64,000 nt of DNA from Candidatus Thalassarchaeaceae archaeon (GTDB taxonomy: Archaea > Thermoplasmatota > Poseidoniia > Poseidoniales > Thalassarchaeaceae), in the NCBI GenBank assembly GCA_045568075.1, contig JBJLBP010000001.1, positions 377,232-441,231 of the forward strand. Direction: 5' to 3'. A program made the translations under genes and the position numbers. Of this stretch, positions 37,302 to 45,777 are shown piece by piece. The notes under the pieces were generated by a model. It had not been told where the DNA came from and did no database searches. It saw only the letters and a list, made by a program, of their open reading frames with translations. The first letter of the stretch is position 1; each line of letters starts with the position of its first letter.

Positions 37302-38438
37302 ATGGCAGAGATGTGGATTTCGATGGGTCCTCAGCACCCTATGACTCACGGTCTTTGGACCCTCAAAATCAAGGTTGACGGCGAGACCGTCGTTGACACT
37401 GAGCCGGATTTGGGATATATCCACCGTGGTGTCGAAAAGATTTGCGAGGCTCGCGACTTCACACAAATTACTACCTATTGCGATAGGTTGTGCTACGCTA
37501 GCGCAAACACTTGGTCACACTCTTACATCTACGCCGCCGAGGACCTCCTAGGCGTCGAGGTGCCCGAGCGTGCAGAGTACATCCGCCTCGTTGCGGTCGA
37601 AATTCAGCGCATCGCCAGCCACCTGATGTGGCTGGGCGCCTATGGACCTGACATCGGTAATCTGTCAATCATGGTCTGGTGCCTGCGCGAGCGCGAGATG
37701 ATGATGGATCTGCTTCAGGAACTTGGCGGCTCGCGAATGCACTACAATTTCCCGCGAGTCGGCGGTGTCAAGCGTGACCTGCCTCACGGCTTCGCCCAGC
37801 GCGCTCGCGCCAAACTCAAACTATTCCTCAACAGAATTCAGGAATATGAGTCTCTATTCGACGAGAGTACCGTCTTCCTAGTGCGCAGTCAAGGAGTTGG
37901 CTATGCTAAGCCTGAGGAGATGATCAATCACGGCGTCAGCGGACCGAATATCCGTGCCGCCGGAGTCGATTACGACGTTCGCTGGGCTCACCCTTACTCC
38001 GTCTACAGCGAACTCGACTGGCAGCCATCCGTCGAGCGCTCTTCGATCAAGGGTGCGGATTGCTACGACCGTTACCGTATCCGCGTCGAAGAAATGCGCA
38101 TGAGTGCATCAATGGTCCTCCAGGCTCTCGATAAGATGCCCGGTGGAGCCGAGACTTACCACGAGCCGGGCGACCCGAAAATCCTCGCCAAGGCTCCATC
38201 CCGTGCTCCGGAAGGCGCTACGGGAAGCCATCACTTCGAGGATAGCCGCGGCGAGTCGATGTTCTACCTCGCCGGTGGCGGCGAGGGCCGCGGTAAGATG
38301 CCATACCGTGTCTCAATCCGCTCGCCGATGTTCATCACAATTCCATACGCGGCCAAGTGTATGATTGGCTACAAGGTCGCGGATATCCCAGCGATCATGG
38401 GTTCATTCGACCCATGCATCGGGGAGACAGACAGGTGA
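37302..38438 (+). CDS. nuoD: NADH-quinone oxidoreductase subunit D (49 kDa).
   Basis: MWISMGPQHPMTHGLWTLKIKVDGETVVDTEPDLGYIHRGVEK, the canonical NuoD N-terminus. Confidence 0.9.
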   Translation: MAEMWISMGPQHPMTHGLWTLKIKVDGETVVDTEPDLGYIHRGVEKICEARDFTQITTYCDRLCYASANTWSHSYIYAAEDLLGVEVPERAEYIRLVAVEIQRIASHLMWLGAYGPDIGNLSIMVWCLREREMMMDLLQELGGSRMHYNFPRVGGVKRDLPHGFAQRARAKLKLFLNRIQEYESLFDESTVFLVRSQGVGYAKPEEMINHGVSGPNIRAAGVDYDVRWAHPYSVYSELDWQPSVERSSIKGADCYDRYRIRVEEMRMSASMVLQALDKMPGGAETYHEPGDPKILAKAPSRAPEGATGSHHFEDSRGESMFYLAGGGEGRGKMPYRVSIRSPMFITIPYAAKCMIGYKVADIPAIMGSFDPCIGETDR

Positions 38439-38447
38439 GGTGAGAGC

Positions 38448-39986
38448 ATGGCTAGCAGTGATTGGTTAGATATTCGCGGCTGGACCGAGTCGATTGTCGG
38501 TTGGTCAATGGACTTGGTCCACGACATCCTCCCTTCGAATGATATCGGCTTGGGCCGACTTGGAACGCTGAATATCCAGAATGAGTTTGGTAGCGTTCAG
38601 GGCGCACTTGAGACATTCATCTTCACGACAATCATGTGTACTGTTGTCTTCGGCACGATGATGATCACGCTGATGGTCGTACCATACATCGAGCGCAAAT
38701 TCATCGCGCGCTTGATGGACCGACTCGGAGCCACAACAACACTTCGCAGCCTATGGATTGGAGAAGGCCACACAACAGCTGGACAATGGTGGAATCAACT
38801 GCCATTCGGTATCGGAGCCATCGTTGGCTGGGTTGTCAAGACACTCAACTCCGTAGCCGGTAATGAGTCGAAGCACATTGCAGTCGACCGTGTACACAAT
38901 CGTGGCTATCACGGAATCTGGTTCCTTTTCCCTGGATTCTTCCAAGCCCTTGCGGACTTCCTCAAGTTCGCTACCAAGGAGCACATAGTCCCAGCTAAGG
39001 CAGATCGTGTAGTTTTCGAGACAGCCCCGGTCATCATCATCGCGACCACAGTCATGGTCTACGCTTTCGTTCCATTCGGCCCCCATATCTGGGCTGCTAA
39101 CCCCGAACTTTCACTCGTCTTCATGATGGCCGTATTCGGCGTCGCTCCGCTCGGTGTTTTCTTCGCAGGTTGGGCTTCCAACAACAAGTACACACTCATC
39201 GGTGGAATGCGCTCAGCCGCGCAGTTGACCGCTTACGAGATTCCGCTGCTGGTCAGCGTCCTCGCAATAGCAGTCATCTCAGGCTCGTTCAACATCCTCG
39301 AAATAGTCGACTTCCAAATAGAGACAAGCAACACTTGGAACATCTTCATCATGCCACTTGGAGCAGCCCTTTTCCTCATTACGATGATCGCTGAGGTTGA
39401 GCGAATCCCATTCGATATGCCAGAGGCCGAAGCCGAACTCGTCGAGGGCTGGTGGACCGAGTATGGTGGAATTCGTTGGGGTCTCATGTTCGCTGTCGAG
39501 ATGATGCGCGCGTATGCGGCTTGCATCCTCTTCGCGCTCTTCTTCCTCGGAGGCTGGCAACTCCCATTCGAGGATACTCTGATTGGCCTACCATTCGTTG
39601 GCGGTGCCTTCGACTTACTGGCAACAGCAACTCCCGGAATTGCAATTCTACTCGCCAAGGCCTACCTAATGTTCGCCTTCTTCGTCTGGGTCCGTGCCTC
39701 ACTCCACAGAGTTCGCACGGACCAAATCCTTGAATTCGGATGGCGCTGGCTCCTTCCAGCATCAATTGTCAATCTCGCAGTCGCCATCTTCCTGCGACTA
39801 GAAGTCTGGAATAGCACATCAGCCGGCGGCTGGCCAATTTGGACTGCTCCCGTCCTTTTCGGAGCCTTCGTAATCGCATTCATTGTTCTCGCAATTGACG
39901 AGGACCAAGAAGCCCTCGAACTCAATCGGAGAATGTACCACACTCAGACTCTGGAAAAGGCTAGCCCTGGGACGCACAGGGAGTAA
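38448..39986 (+). CDS. nuoH: NADH-quinone oxidoreductase subunit H, longer than usual with N-terminal insertions.
   Basis: ALADFLKFATKE, WASNNKYTLIGGMRSAAQLTAYEIP and EAEAELVEGW motifs of NuoH/ND1. Confidence 0.85.
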   Translation: MASSDWLDIRGWTESIVGWSMDLVHDILPSNDIGLGRLGTLNIQNEFGSVQGALETFIFTTIMCTVVFGTMMITLMVVPYIERKFIARLMDRLGATTTLRSLWIGEGHTTAGQWWNQLPFGIGAIVGWVVKTLNSVAGNESKHIAVDRVHNRGYHGIWFLFPGFFQALADFLKFATKEHIVPAKADRVVFETAPVIIIATTVMVYAFVPFGPHIWAANPELSLVFMMAVFGVAPLGVFFAGWASNNKYTLIGGMRSAAQLTAYEIPLLVSVLAIAVISGSFNILEIVDFQIETSNTWNIFIMPLGAALFLITMIAEVERIPFDMPEAEAELVEGWWTEYGGIRWGLMFAVEMMRAYAACILFALFFLGGWQLPFEDTLIGLPFVGGAFDLLATATPGIAILLAKAYLMFAFFVWVRASLHRVRTDQILEFGWRWLLPASIVNLAVAIFLRLEVWNSTSAGGWPIWTAPVLFGAFVIAFIVLAIDEDQEALELNRRMYHTQTLEKASPGTHRE

Positions 39987-40001
39987 TCAGGAGGTGAACA
40001 A

Positions 40002-40994
40002 ATGAACGATGAACAAGAATACAACACCGGCCACCCTCACGCGATCCCGAACTTCCGTAACCTGATTATCAGGCCAATGTGGATTACGATGAAGACGGCG
40101 CTTCGAACCGTACCATTCCTCGGTCGCCTCGGTATTCTGAAGAACAATTATCACGGTAAACAGGTCAATCTGAAGGATGATTTCACCCTCTCTCGAATCG
40201 GTGACGACCACCTCTCCGAGGGACACACGTATTCGGCTGACCGCGAGTCTACTGATCTGCTTCCATTCCTTGAGCGCCCAGTGACCGTGATGTACCCTTA
40301 CGAGCGCCTTGAAGACATGGAGCCTTGGCTCTTCGTCCCTGGAAATTATAACGGTCGAATCGGTATCGTTTGGGAGACCTGTACCGCCTGCAAAGCCTGC
40401 ATTCGTGCTTGCCCAAACGACTGCCTCCACATGACTTCGGAGGTCCGTGTCAATGTTCTTGACACGGCTGAAGAAGGAGATGAATGGCACGGATATGGGT
40501 CCGAGTTCGAAACCGGCGGATACGCAGCCAAGCCTCGTGAGGATTTCGAAGAGATCGAAGAATTTGACCTCGTAAACGAGCACTCAGCGGTTCCGCAGCA
40601 ATACGACTTCGCCGAGGTGATCGACATATCTGGTGACACAGCAACCGTCCGTTGGATGGATGGCTCTGGCATCGAAGAAATCAGTACAAGCGAGCTCAAG
40701 CCAGCCGAGACAGACATAGTCAGCGGCCGTATCGATATGGGCCGCTGCATGTTCTGCGGTCTTTGCGCTGAGGCATGTCCGTTCGAGTCGTTCTTCATGA
40801 CCAACGAGTACGATGGAATGTCAGGTTACTCACGCGATGACCTTTGGTTCGACGCAGACCGAACTCGTGTCCTTCCTGCGGTCCATCAGGAGCGCGTCGA
40901 CATGGAACTCGCTAAGCGCGCGAAGAAAGAGCAAACCAAGCGCGAAAAGAAGGCTGCTAAGGCGGCTAAGGCGGCTAAGGAAGCGGAGGCTTGA
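40002..40994 (+). CDS. nuoI: NADH-quinone oxidoreductase subunit I (2x[4Fe-4S] ferredoxin) with extended N-terminus, a ~75-aa insertion between the two cluster motifs, and a Lys/Ala-rich C-terminal tail.
   Basis: CTACKACIRACP and CMFCGLCAEACP are about 105 residues apart (about 30 in standard NuoI); tail KRAKKEQTKREKKAAKAAKAAKEAEA is encoded by a 9-nt tandem repeat (gctaaggcg)x3. Confidence 0.8.
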   Translation: MNDEQEYNTGHPHAIPNFRNLIIRPMWITMKTALRTVPFLGRLGILKNNYHGKQVNLKDDFTLSRIGDDHLSEGHTYSADRESTDLLPFLERPVTVMYPYERLEDMEPWLFVPGNYNGRIGIVWETCTACKACIRACPNDCLHMTSEVRVNVLDTAEEGDEWHGYGSEFETGGYAAKPREDFEEIEEFDLVNEHSAVPQQYDFAEVIDISGDTATVRWMDGSGIEEISTSELKPAETDIVSGRIDMGRCMFCGLCAEACPFESFFMTNEYDGMSGYSRDDLWFDADRTRVLPAVHQERVDMELAKRAKKEQTKREKKAAKAAKAAKEAEA

Positions 40995-40998
40995 ACCG

Positions 40999-41268
40999 AT
41001 GAACATCGATTTCGAGGCCATTGCATTCGTTATCATGGCGCTCATAGCCATCCTCGGTGCACTCGGCTGTGTTTACGCGCGCCGTGTCGCCCACTCACTT
41101 CTTTCGTTGATGATGACCTTCTTCGCCGTAGCCGGCGTGATGGTTCTAGCCCACGCTGAGATGTTGGCGGCTATCCAGATTCTCGTCTATCTCGGCTCGG
41201 TCATGCTAGTCGTTCAATTCGGTGTCATGCTGACCCGCCGCCAAATCCAGGAGGGAGATGTCCTATGA
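40999..41268 (+). CDS. nuoJ1: NADH-quinone oxidoreductase subunit J, N-terminal half.
   Basis: Three TM helices; the ORF track opens at 40813 but ATG 40999 follows directly after the nuoI stop; ATGA overlap with the next ORF. Confidence 0.7.
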   Translation: MNIDFEAIAFVIMALIAILGALGCVYARRVAHSLLSLMMTFFAVAGVMVLAHAEMLAAIQILVYLGSVMLVVQFGVMLTRRQIQEGDVL

Positions 41269-41561
41269 AGGCAGTCAGTATGTTCGCCCGCCTTGGTGTC
41301 TTCACCTTTGTTCTAGTTCTACTGCGCGAAGTAATGGAGCATCCAATGTGGGAAAATGAACCTGTAGGAGCCCCAACAACTCTTGAATTCGCAGTATCAA
41401 TTCTCGATGATTGGGCACTCGTCACCGTAGTACTCGGGATTCTTCTTTCTATGGCGATGATTGGTGCCTCCTATCTTGTTCGTGACGAGCGCCTTGTCAA
41501 CCTCCTCTACGATATGGGTTCAGAAGACTCAGTTCGATTATCTGGTGATAGCGATGATTGA
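41265..41561 (+). CDS. nuoJ2: NADH-quinone oxidoreductase subunit J, C-terminal half.
   Basis: Two TM helices plus an acidic tail; the start overlaps the nuoJ1 stop (ATGA); the stop overlaps the nuoK start (ATGATTGA). Confidence 0.65.
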   Translation: MKAVSMFARLGVFTFVLVLLREVMEHPMWENEPVGAPTTLEFAVSILDDWALVTVVLGILLSMAMIGASYLVRDERLVNLLYDMGSEDSVRLSGDSDD

Positions 41562-41856
41562 GGCCAGCTGGATTGCCGGCCTCGGTGTCATTCTCTTCGG
41601 AATAGGATTGATTGGGGCTTTCAGCCGCAAGAATGCGATTGTCGTGTTGATGTGCATCGAGGTTATGCTGAATGCAGCTAACCTCAACTTCGTCGCCGGA
41701 GCTCTCCACCACGGCTCCGTCGACGGTTGGGTATTCACCGCGGTGGCGATTGCGATTGCAGCCGCCGAAGTCGCCATCGGACTGGCCATCCTGCTCTCGC
41801 TATACAGCACGCAGGAGACAATATCGCTCGACGAGGCAACCCTGCTAAGAAATTGA
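41554..41856 (+). CDS. nuoK: NADH-quinone oxidoreductase subunit K.
   Basis: 100 aa, three TM helices, conserved LMCIEVMLNAANL. The ORF track starts at 41461 inside nuoJ2; ATG 41554 gives the canonical length. Confidence 0.85.
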   Translation: MIEASWIAGLGVILFGIGLIGAFSRKNAIVVLMCIEVMLNAANLNFVAGALHHGSVDGWVFTAVAIAIAAAEVAIGLAILLSLYSTQETISLDEATLLRN

Positions 41857-41857
41857 G

Positions 41858-44167
41858 GTGATTATGATGGGAGAACAAAAGCAGGAGTGGGACAAACTCC
41901 TCTATATCGTGCCATTCGTGGCAATCGTTCCTTACCTCTACGCCACTGGAGCCTCGTCCACTGATTATTGGTGGTTAATCATCGCCGCTCCTCTCGTTTT
42001 CTTTGCAACAATTGCCATTGCTGGCCAGATTTGGAACGGCAATGAGACTTGGGTTAACCAGTTGAAGGAAGGAGGCATTCTCGGCCTAGGTGCGCTGAGC
42101 GTATCTCTCTCGGCCGCCGTGTGGCTGATCTACGATTACCTCGACCACCACGGGCACGTCGAGTCAGGAGATCCATTCAGCTGGCTGACCTTCGATGTCC
42201 TGACATACAACGGCGATGGCTGGTCCATCGCCACCACAGGGTTCAGTGGAATCGGCTTTGGAATATATCTCGATGCAGTCAGCATCATGCTTCTCTTCGT
42301 TGCTACATTCCTCTGCTTCCTCATTTGCTGGTTCGCGATTGGCTACATGACAACGGACTCGATCAATGACAACTCGAACCACCGATTTTTCGCCGAATTT
42401 GTTCTCTTTTCGATGGGAATGTTTGGAATGGTTCTCGCTGACAACTTCCTCTGGCTCTTCATCTTCTGGGAAATAATGGGACTTTGCTCATACCTCCTCA
42501 TCGGCTTCTACTACTGGAAGGAAAGTGCCGCCTACGCCGCGAAGAAGGCTTTCCTGACTACGCGTGTAGGCGATGTTTTCCTGATGATTGGACTGCTGAT
42601 GCTGTACGATATCTACGGTTCTCTCGACTTCGCTGTCGTCTTCGACGACCCATCGACTGGAGTTGGTGGCGCGATGGTCGACTCTGCAATGCTACAGACT
42701 GCGCTTCTGATGCTCTTCATTGGCGCGGTCGGAAAGTCGGCCCAATTCCCACTGCACGTGTGGTTGCCCGATGCTATGGAGGGCCCGACCCCTGTATCAG
42801 CTCTCATTCACGCCGCGACCATGGTCAACGCTGGTCTCTATCTAGTCGCACGTATGGTACCATTCGTCGACGTCAGTCATCACGGTGTTGCCGGGATGGA
42901 GGACCTCGGGCTCATCGTCGCTTGGATTGGTGGAATTACCGCCTTCATGGCTGCGGCAATTGCCTTCGTTCAGAACGATATCAAGAAGGTTCTCGCTTAT
43001 TCGACGATGAGCCAATTAGCTTACATTTTCACTGGACTAGGAGCTGCTCTATGGTTCTTCAATACCGGTAATCACCATGCTGGCGCACTCGTCTTTGGTG
43101 GTGCATTATTCCATCTGTTCAATCACGCTATGGCAAAGGGCATGCTCTTCATGGCGAGTGGCTCGGTGATTCACGAAGTCCACCACGCCCACGATCACAT
43201 CTCTGAAGAGGGTGATCACTCAGACCACGACTTCGACCCGCAGGATATGCGCAATATGGGTGGCTTGGCCAGCAAGTTGCCGATTACCGCAACGGCGATG
43301 ATGTTCGGTTCGATGTCAATCATCGGCATTCCGCTCATCGGCGGATTCTGGTCGAAGGAAATCATCGTCGGCAAGACTTGGTATGCTTACTTCCATGGTG
43401 CTGACGCTCTACTCGGTCCAGCTCTACTGATTCTTGCAACCGCTGGAATGACCGGCTTCTACATGTCGCGTATGTGGTTCATGACCTTCGCTGGCGAACC
43501 GAAGAACGAGCTCGTTGACCACGTCCACGAGGCTACTCCTTGGATCAAGACACCTCTCGTTCTCCTCTCGATCATAACGGCTCTGGGTGGCTTCGGACTC
43601 GCCCTCTACGGAATGGTTGACTGGCTCGCGGGTGAGTCCGACCACCTGTCGATTCACAAGTCCACGTTCCTCGACCAGGTAATCTACGAGTTAGAGCATG
43701 CATTCCTCCCCGAGGATATGCAACTTCGTTTCGTTGGTTGGGCAACCATCGCACTCTCATTCATTCTCGGGCCTATAATGGCCGCTCGAATTTATGGCGG
43801 CGCACTTCGCGAGGGTGAGAGCGCCATCCCACTCGTACATTGGTTGACCAGTCTTTCAGGTAAGTTCGGTAGTCAGAATGTCGATGAACTCGCTAATTCA
43901 CAATTGGCTGAGGCTTTGCAAAACCGCCTCTACTTCGACGACCTATACGAGGGGGTACTCGCACGAACAATCGTTCCTTTCGCCGACTTCGCCGCTTGGT
44001 TTGACAAGAATATCGTCGACGGCGTGATCAAGCAAATCGAATCCAACTCGGTGCTTGGTTCAGTCCAAATCCGCCGAATTACGACCGGTAGCGCACGCGA
44101 CTACATCCTCATGGCGACCGTCGGTGCGCTGACCATATTCGCTCTAATCTGGGGGGTGAGCGCTTGA
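41858..44167 (+). CDS. nuoL: NADH-quinone oxidoreductase subunit L (antiporter-like, with a long C-terminal extension).
   Basis: WLPDAMEGPTPVSALIHAATMV antiporter motif; 769 aa. Confidence 0.9.
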   Translation: MIMMGEQKQEWDKLLYIVPFVAIVPYLYATGASSTDYWWLIIAAPLVFFATIAIAGQIWNGNETWVNQLKEGGILGLGALSVSLSAAVWLIYDYLDHHGHVESGDPFSWLTFDVLTYNGDGWSIATTGFSGIGFGIYLDAVSIMLLFVATFLCFLICWFAIGYMTTDSINDNSNHRFFAEFVLFSMGMFGMVLADNFLWLFIFWEIMGLCSYLLIGFYYWKESAAYAAKKAFLTTRVGDVFLMIGLLMLYDIYGSLDFAVVFDDPSTGVGGAMVDSAMLQTALLMLFIGAVGKSAQFPLHVWLPDAMEGPTPVSALIHAATMVNAGLYLVARMVPFVDVSHHGVAGMEDLGLIVAWIGGITAFMAAAIAFVQNDIKKVLAYSTMSQLAYIFTGLGAALWFFNTGNHHAGALVFGGALFHLFNHAMAKGMLFMASGSVIHEVHHAHDHISEEGDHSDHDFDPQDMRNMGGLASKLPITATAMMFGSMSIIGIPLIGGFWSKEIIVGKTWYAYFHGADALLGPALLILATAGMTGFYMSRMWFMTFAGEPKNELVDHVHEATPWIKTPLVLLSIITALGGFGLALYGMVDWLAGESDHLSIHKSTFLDQVIYELEHAFLPEDMQLRFVGWATIALSFILGPIMAARIYGGALREGESAIPLVHWLTSLSGKFGSQNVDELANSQLAEALQNRLYFDDLYEGVLARTIVPFADFAAWFDKNIVDGVIKQIESNSVLGSVQIRRITTGSARDYILMATVGALTIFALIWGVSA

Positions 44168-45777
44168 TTACATCCGACCCGCTCACATTCATCACACTGG
44201 CACCGATAGCCTTCGGTCTCACACTTCTCATCCTGCCTCATATTGCTCCCGCGAGCATGGCGGATTACATTCGAAAGATTGCTCGCCCACTATCCATGGG
44301 CCTCGCTTTGGCAATCTTCGCCATCACTTCGGCCCTCTTCCTCGGCCAGATTGGAAACATCGACTGGCTCGACATCATGCAGGGAGATTACGTCCTGCAG
44401 AACGAGGCAGTCGTCCTTCTCGATGAGATAGGAGTCCGTTGGGTCGTCGGTGTCGACGCTCTCTCATTCCCTATGGTTTGGCTGACAGCGATGCTCATCC
44501 CAGTCTCGATGTTGGTTGAGTGGGACGCTGAGAAGGGACACATATTCCATCCACTGATTCTGATTATGGAGGGCGCACTGTTGGGTGTGTTCGTCGTTCT
44601 CGATCTTTTCGTCTTCTACGTCTTCTGGGAACTTACACTCATCCCGATGTTCTTCCTCATCCTAGTCTGGGGTGGAGCTGACCGCCGCTACGCCTCGATG
44701 AAGTTCTTCATCTACACATTTACGGCGAGCGTCTTGATGCTCATCGGAATTCTCGTGATGTACTTCAACACTGGAGACGCGAGCCTTGCTGGCTCGCTGA
44801 CAGGTCATCACTTCGATCTTGTATCGATGACCGCGCAGGCCGCTGGTGGCGGTTTGATTGCTGGCGAAGGCCTGCGACACTTCGTTTGGATCCTTTTGCT
44901 CATTGGATTCGCTACCAAGATGCCGAGCGTCCCAGTCCACACTTGGCTGCCAGACGCTCACGTTCAGGCGCCTACGGCTGGCTCGATGTTGCTGGCTGGC
45001 GTGATGCTGAAGATGGGCGCCTACGGATTCCTGAGAGTAGCAGTTACCATCTTCCCCGAATCGACGGTGGTCTTCATTCCGCTACTCATCGTCCTCGGAA
45101 TGGTCAGCCTCGTCTATGGGGCGATTGTTTGCATGGGGCAGACTAACCTCAAGCGCATGGTTGCTTACTCATCCGTATCTCACATGGGATTGATCTTCCT
45201 TGGAATCGCGACCATGCAGCCTCTTGGTATCGCAGGAGCTCTCTTCATGATGTTCGCACATGGAATCATCAGCCCACTCCTCTTCGCGGTCGCGGGTTCA
45301 TTCAAGCATCATTACCACACGCTTGAAATCGGCTCGATGCGCGGAATCGCGCATCATTCACCATGGCTTGCCGGCCACATGATGCTCGGTTGGATGGCGA
45401 GTTTGGGTCTACCTCTGCTCGCTGGTTTCGTGGCCGAGGTCGCGGTTTTGATAGCCTTCTGGATGACCTTCGGATGGCTAGTCATCCTACCTGCATTAAC
45501 CCTCATCATCACCGCGGTTTACTATCTCACAAGTATGCAGAAAACAATCTTCGAGGGCGGCGACCCACACGTTGGAATCCTTCCCGAGAGCCTGCACGGA
45601 GAGGAGCCGCGTGACATCACTTGGCACGAGAATGCTGGTATGTTCATACTCGCTGCATTCACCGTTCTGTTCGGAATTCTACCATTCATCTTCTGGGATA
45701 TGATGTCTGATTGGTCGACCGAATTCATGCTAGAAACTCTGGTCGATGCGATGAATAGCAAGGGGGTGAAACCCTGA
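44164..45777 (+). CDS. nuoM: NADH-quinone oxidoreductase subunit M.
   Basis: WLPDAHVQAPTAGSMLLAGVMLKMGAYG motif; the start overlaps the nuoL stop. Confidence 0.9.
   Translation: MITSDPLTFITLAPIAFGLTLLILPHIAPASMADYIRKIARPLSMGLALAIFAITSALFLGQIGNIDWLDIMQGDYVLQNEAVVLLDEIGVRWVVGVDALSFPMVWLTAMLIPVSMLVEWDAEKGHIFHPLILIMEGALLGVFVVLDLFVFYVFWELTLIPMFFLILVWGGADRRYASMKFFIYTFTASVLMLIGILVMYFNTGDASLAGSLTGHHFDLVSMTAQAAGGGLIAGEGLRHFVWILLLIGFATKMPSVPVHTWLPDAHVQAPTAGSMLLAGVMLKMGAYGFLRVAVTIFPESTVVFIPLLIVLGMVSLVYGAIVCMGQTNLKRMVAYSSVSHMGLIFLGIATMQPLGIAGALFMMFAHGIISPLLFAVAGSFKHHYHTLEIGSMRGIAHHSPWLAGHMMLGWMASLGLPLLAGFVAEVAVLIAFWMTFGWLVILPALTLIITAVYYLTSMQKTIFEGGDPHVGILPESLHGEEPRDITWHENAGMFILAAFTVLFGILPFIFWDMMSDWSTEFMLETLVDAMNSKGVKP

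Noticed and set aside
40999-41561. nuoJ split as a pseudogene/frameshift artefact
   Set aside because: Both halves have their own ATG in ATGA/ATGATTGA overlaps and together cover a full NuoJ; this matches the natural nuoJ1/nuoJ2 arrangement.
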